A stretch of DNA of 64,000 nt from Eledone cirrhosa (taxonomy: Eukaryota). Position 1 is the first letter of the stretch; each line of letters opens with the position of its first letter. Both the position numbers and the translations under genes were made by a program. The stretch covers positions 386,384,001 through 386,448,000 of the forward strand of contig OZ024740.1 of assembly GCA_964016885.1 (NCBI GenBank), given 5' to 3'. Under the pieces are notes generated by a model. That model did not search any database and was not told the DNA's origin. It worked only from the letters and a program-made list of their open reading frames with translations. Of this stretch, positions 62,135 to 64,000 are shown piece after piece.

Positions 62135-62200
<66 letters not shown>

Positions 62201-62310
62201 GCGTGTATGTGTTTGTATGCATGAGTGTTGGTGTGTGAGTGAGTGTGTGAGTGGCGTGTGTGTGTTTGTATGCATGAGTGTTGGTGTGTGAGTGAGTGTG
62301 TATGTGTGCC
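62135..62310. repeat. (GT)n microsatellite and derived short tandem duplication
   Basis: Direct reading. Confidence 0.9.
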
Positions 62311-62859
62311 GTGAGTGTCAATAAGTGGTGTGGTTTTTTTTTTTTTGCGTGGGGACATAGAAATAATCGGGCTGGATACTCGATCGCGCAGTTAGACCAC
62401 TGGGAGTGAAGGACCCCTAGCCCTTGTCAGGGCATTCTTCTAGGAGAAGGCATCTCAGGAAACTAGGATAACTCCGATATAAAACCTGCAGCTCAGTAGT
62501 TACCGATGATGTTGATCTTTTCTTCTTTTCGGGTTATAGCTACTGTCGCTCAGAGAGTGGGATTGGCTCAGTGCACAGTCTTTCCTCACAGGCATTGCAC
62601 GGTTGCATTAATTAATAACTATTAATAGTGTTATTGTTATTGTTATTATTGTTATGACCATGCTGTAAAATGGAGGGGTAGAGAGGGCCCATGAGTCCAG
62701 TAAGACATCCTCTCTAGTGCTGGTGGCACAAATAAAAGCACCCAGTCCATGCTGTAAAGTGGCACTGGTGTTAGGAAGGGCATCCAACCAGTGTATCAAT
62801 GCCAAAACAATTATGAGCACAGCAACAAATATATATCGCAATAACTGCATAAACAGCAA

Positions 62860-64000
62860 TAAACAGCAATAACACTAACCTGCACACGGTAGTGGGATGG
62901 CTGGTGCGGTCATGTGCGAGAACCCCCCGACTGTCTTCAAGCAATCGCACTACAGGAAAAGGAACAACAAAAATATGAAGACGTCGCATCTCAGAGTTGC
63001 AACACTTAATGTTGGCACTCTCACAGGTAGATCTGGTGAGATAGTGGAGATGCTGGAGAGAAGGCACGTGGATGTGTGTTGCGTGCAAGAGGTGAGATGG
63101 AGAGGTGCCTCTGTGAGACTAATCGCAGGTAAACATCTTAGTTATAAGCTTTTCTGGGTTAGGGGGAGTAGGCATTTTCCAGGCTGAGAGATGGATCAAT
63201 AAAACAATAGAGGTAGTTCGAGTTAATAATCGAATAATTAAGCTTAGATTAGTTGTAGGCAGGAGACTACTGACAATCATATCTGCCTATGCTCCCCAAG
63301 CAGGCCTAGGTAAAGAAGAGAGAGACTGCTTTTATGAGCAACTTTTACAAACAGTCGCAATGACAGAGGACGGAGACATCGTTATGCTAGCAAGGGACTT
63401 CAATGGTCATGTTGGACAGCTCCAGGATGGTTACACTGGGGTACATGGTGGGCATGGTTATGGCTCAAGAAATGAAGAAGGAATGAGACTTCTTGAATTT
63501 TGTGATGCAAGTACATTGACCATTTGCAACACTAACTTCCAGAAACCTGCCAACCTCCTAATAACCTACAAATCAGGCGAGCACATAAGCCAGATTGACT
63601 TCTTACTAGTTAGGCAGTGGGACAGGCAGATGGTGTCAAATACCAAGGCATACCCCGGGGAAGAATGTACCCCACAGCATAGGTTAGTCGTTAGTGATAT
63701 CTCAGTAAGCAAGAGACGGAATGAGACATACAGGGAAGTGTGAAGAAGAAAGGTCTGGAAGCTAAAAGACCTTTCATTAAATACAAATTTAGGAAAGCCC
63801 TTCAAGATGTGTATGACGAAAAAGAAGACGTTTTAGAGTCGTATGACATAGATGATAACTGGAATTTCTTACGTGACAACTCACTGCAGGCTACTGATGA
63901 AACTTGTGGCTGGAGCAGAACTCTAACCAGAGAGAGAGTGACCTGGTGGTGGAACAGCACAGTAGATAGGGCCATTAGAGACAAAAGACTAGCATGGAAG
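62860..64000 (+). mobile_element. RTE LINE 5' part (AP endonuclease), disrupted, running off the window
   Basis: VATLNVGTLTGR, CVQEVRW, SAYAPQ, DFNGHVG, QIDFLL, PQHRLVV, TWWWN. Confidence 0.9.

Noticed and set aside
61350-62358. Poly-Q/T/H and HT-repeat ORFs
   Set aside because: Microsatellite-derived.

Overview
Repeat-saturated, AT-rich eukaryotic DNA. The SINE/LINE repertoire and (TA)n/(GAT)n tracts suggest an octopod cephalopod; this is inference, not proven. There is no intact protein-coding gene, only one weak candidate terminal exon near 60.0 kb. Half the window (16514-47700) is an uninterrupted array of about 1,000 copies of a 31-bp unit (GGAGTGTCTTGTCAGTGGGCCACATTGCTAT), and all ORF-track entries there are artefacts of this repeat. 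The main finding is that the array lies inside one non-autonomous hAT (Charlie/Buster-type) DNA transposon. Its TIRs are at 16488 and 48324, its 8-bp target duplication is TACTAGAA/TACTTGAA, and its subterminal motif TGGGCCACAT is the core of the satellite unit. A roughly 0.7-kb MITE has thus been inflated to 31.8 kb. It splits an old RNase H-type LINE, and an uninterrupted paralog of the insertion site is present at about 1.5 kb. The array shows nested higher-order duplications and palindrome-linked variants. The flanks hold Gypsy, RTE (with a PHD finger), I-group and Tx1/L1 retroelement remnants, mariner, piggyBac and hAT elements, two tRNA-SINE families, and a 116-bp palindrome made of two back-to-back hammerhead-ribozyme-like motifs. 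Boundaries of degraded elements are approximate and were read by eye.
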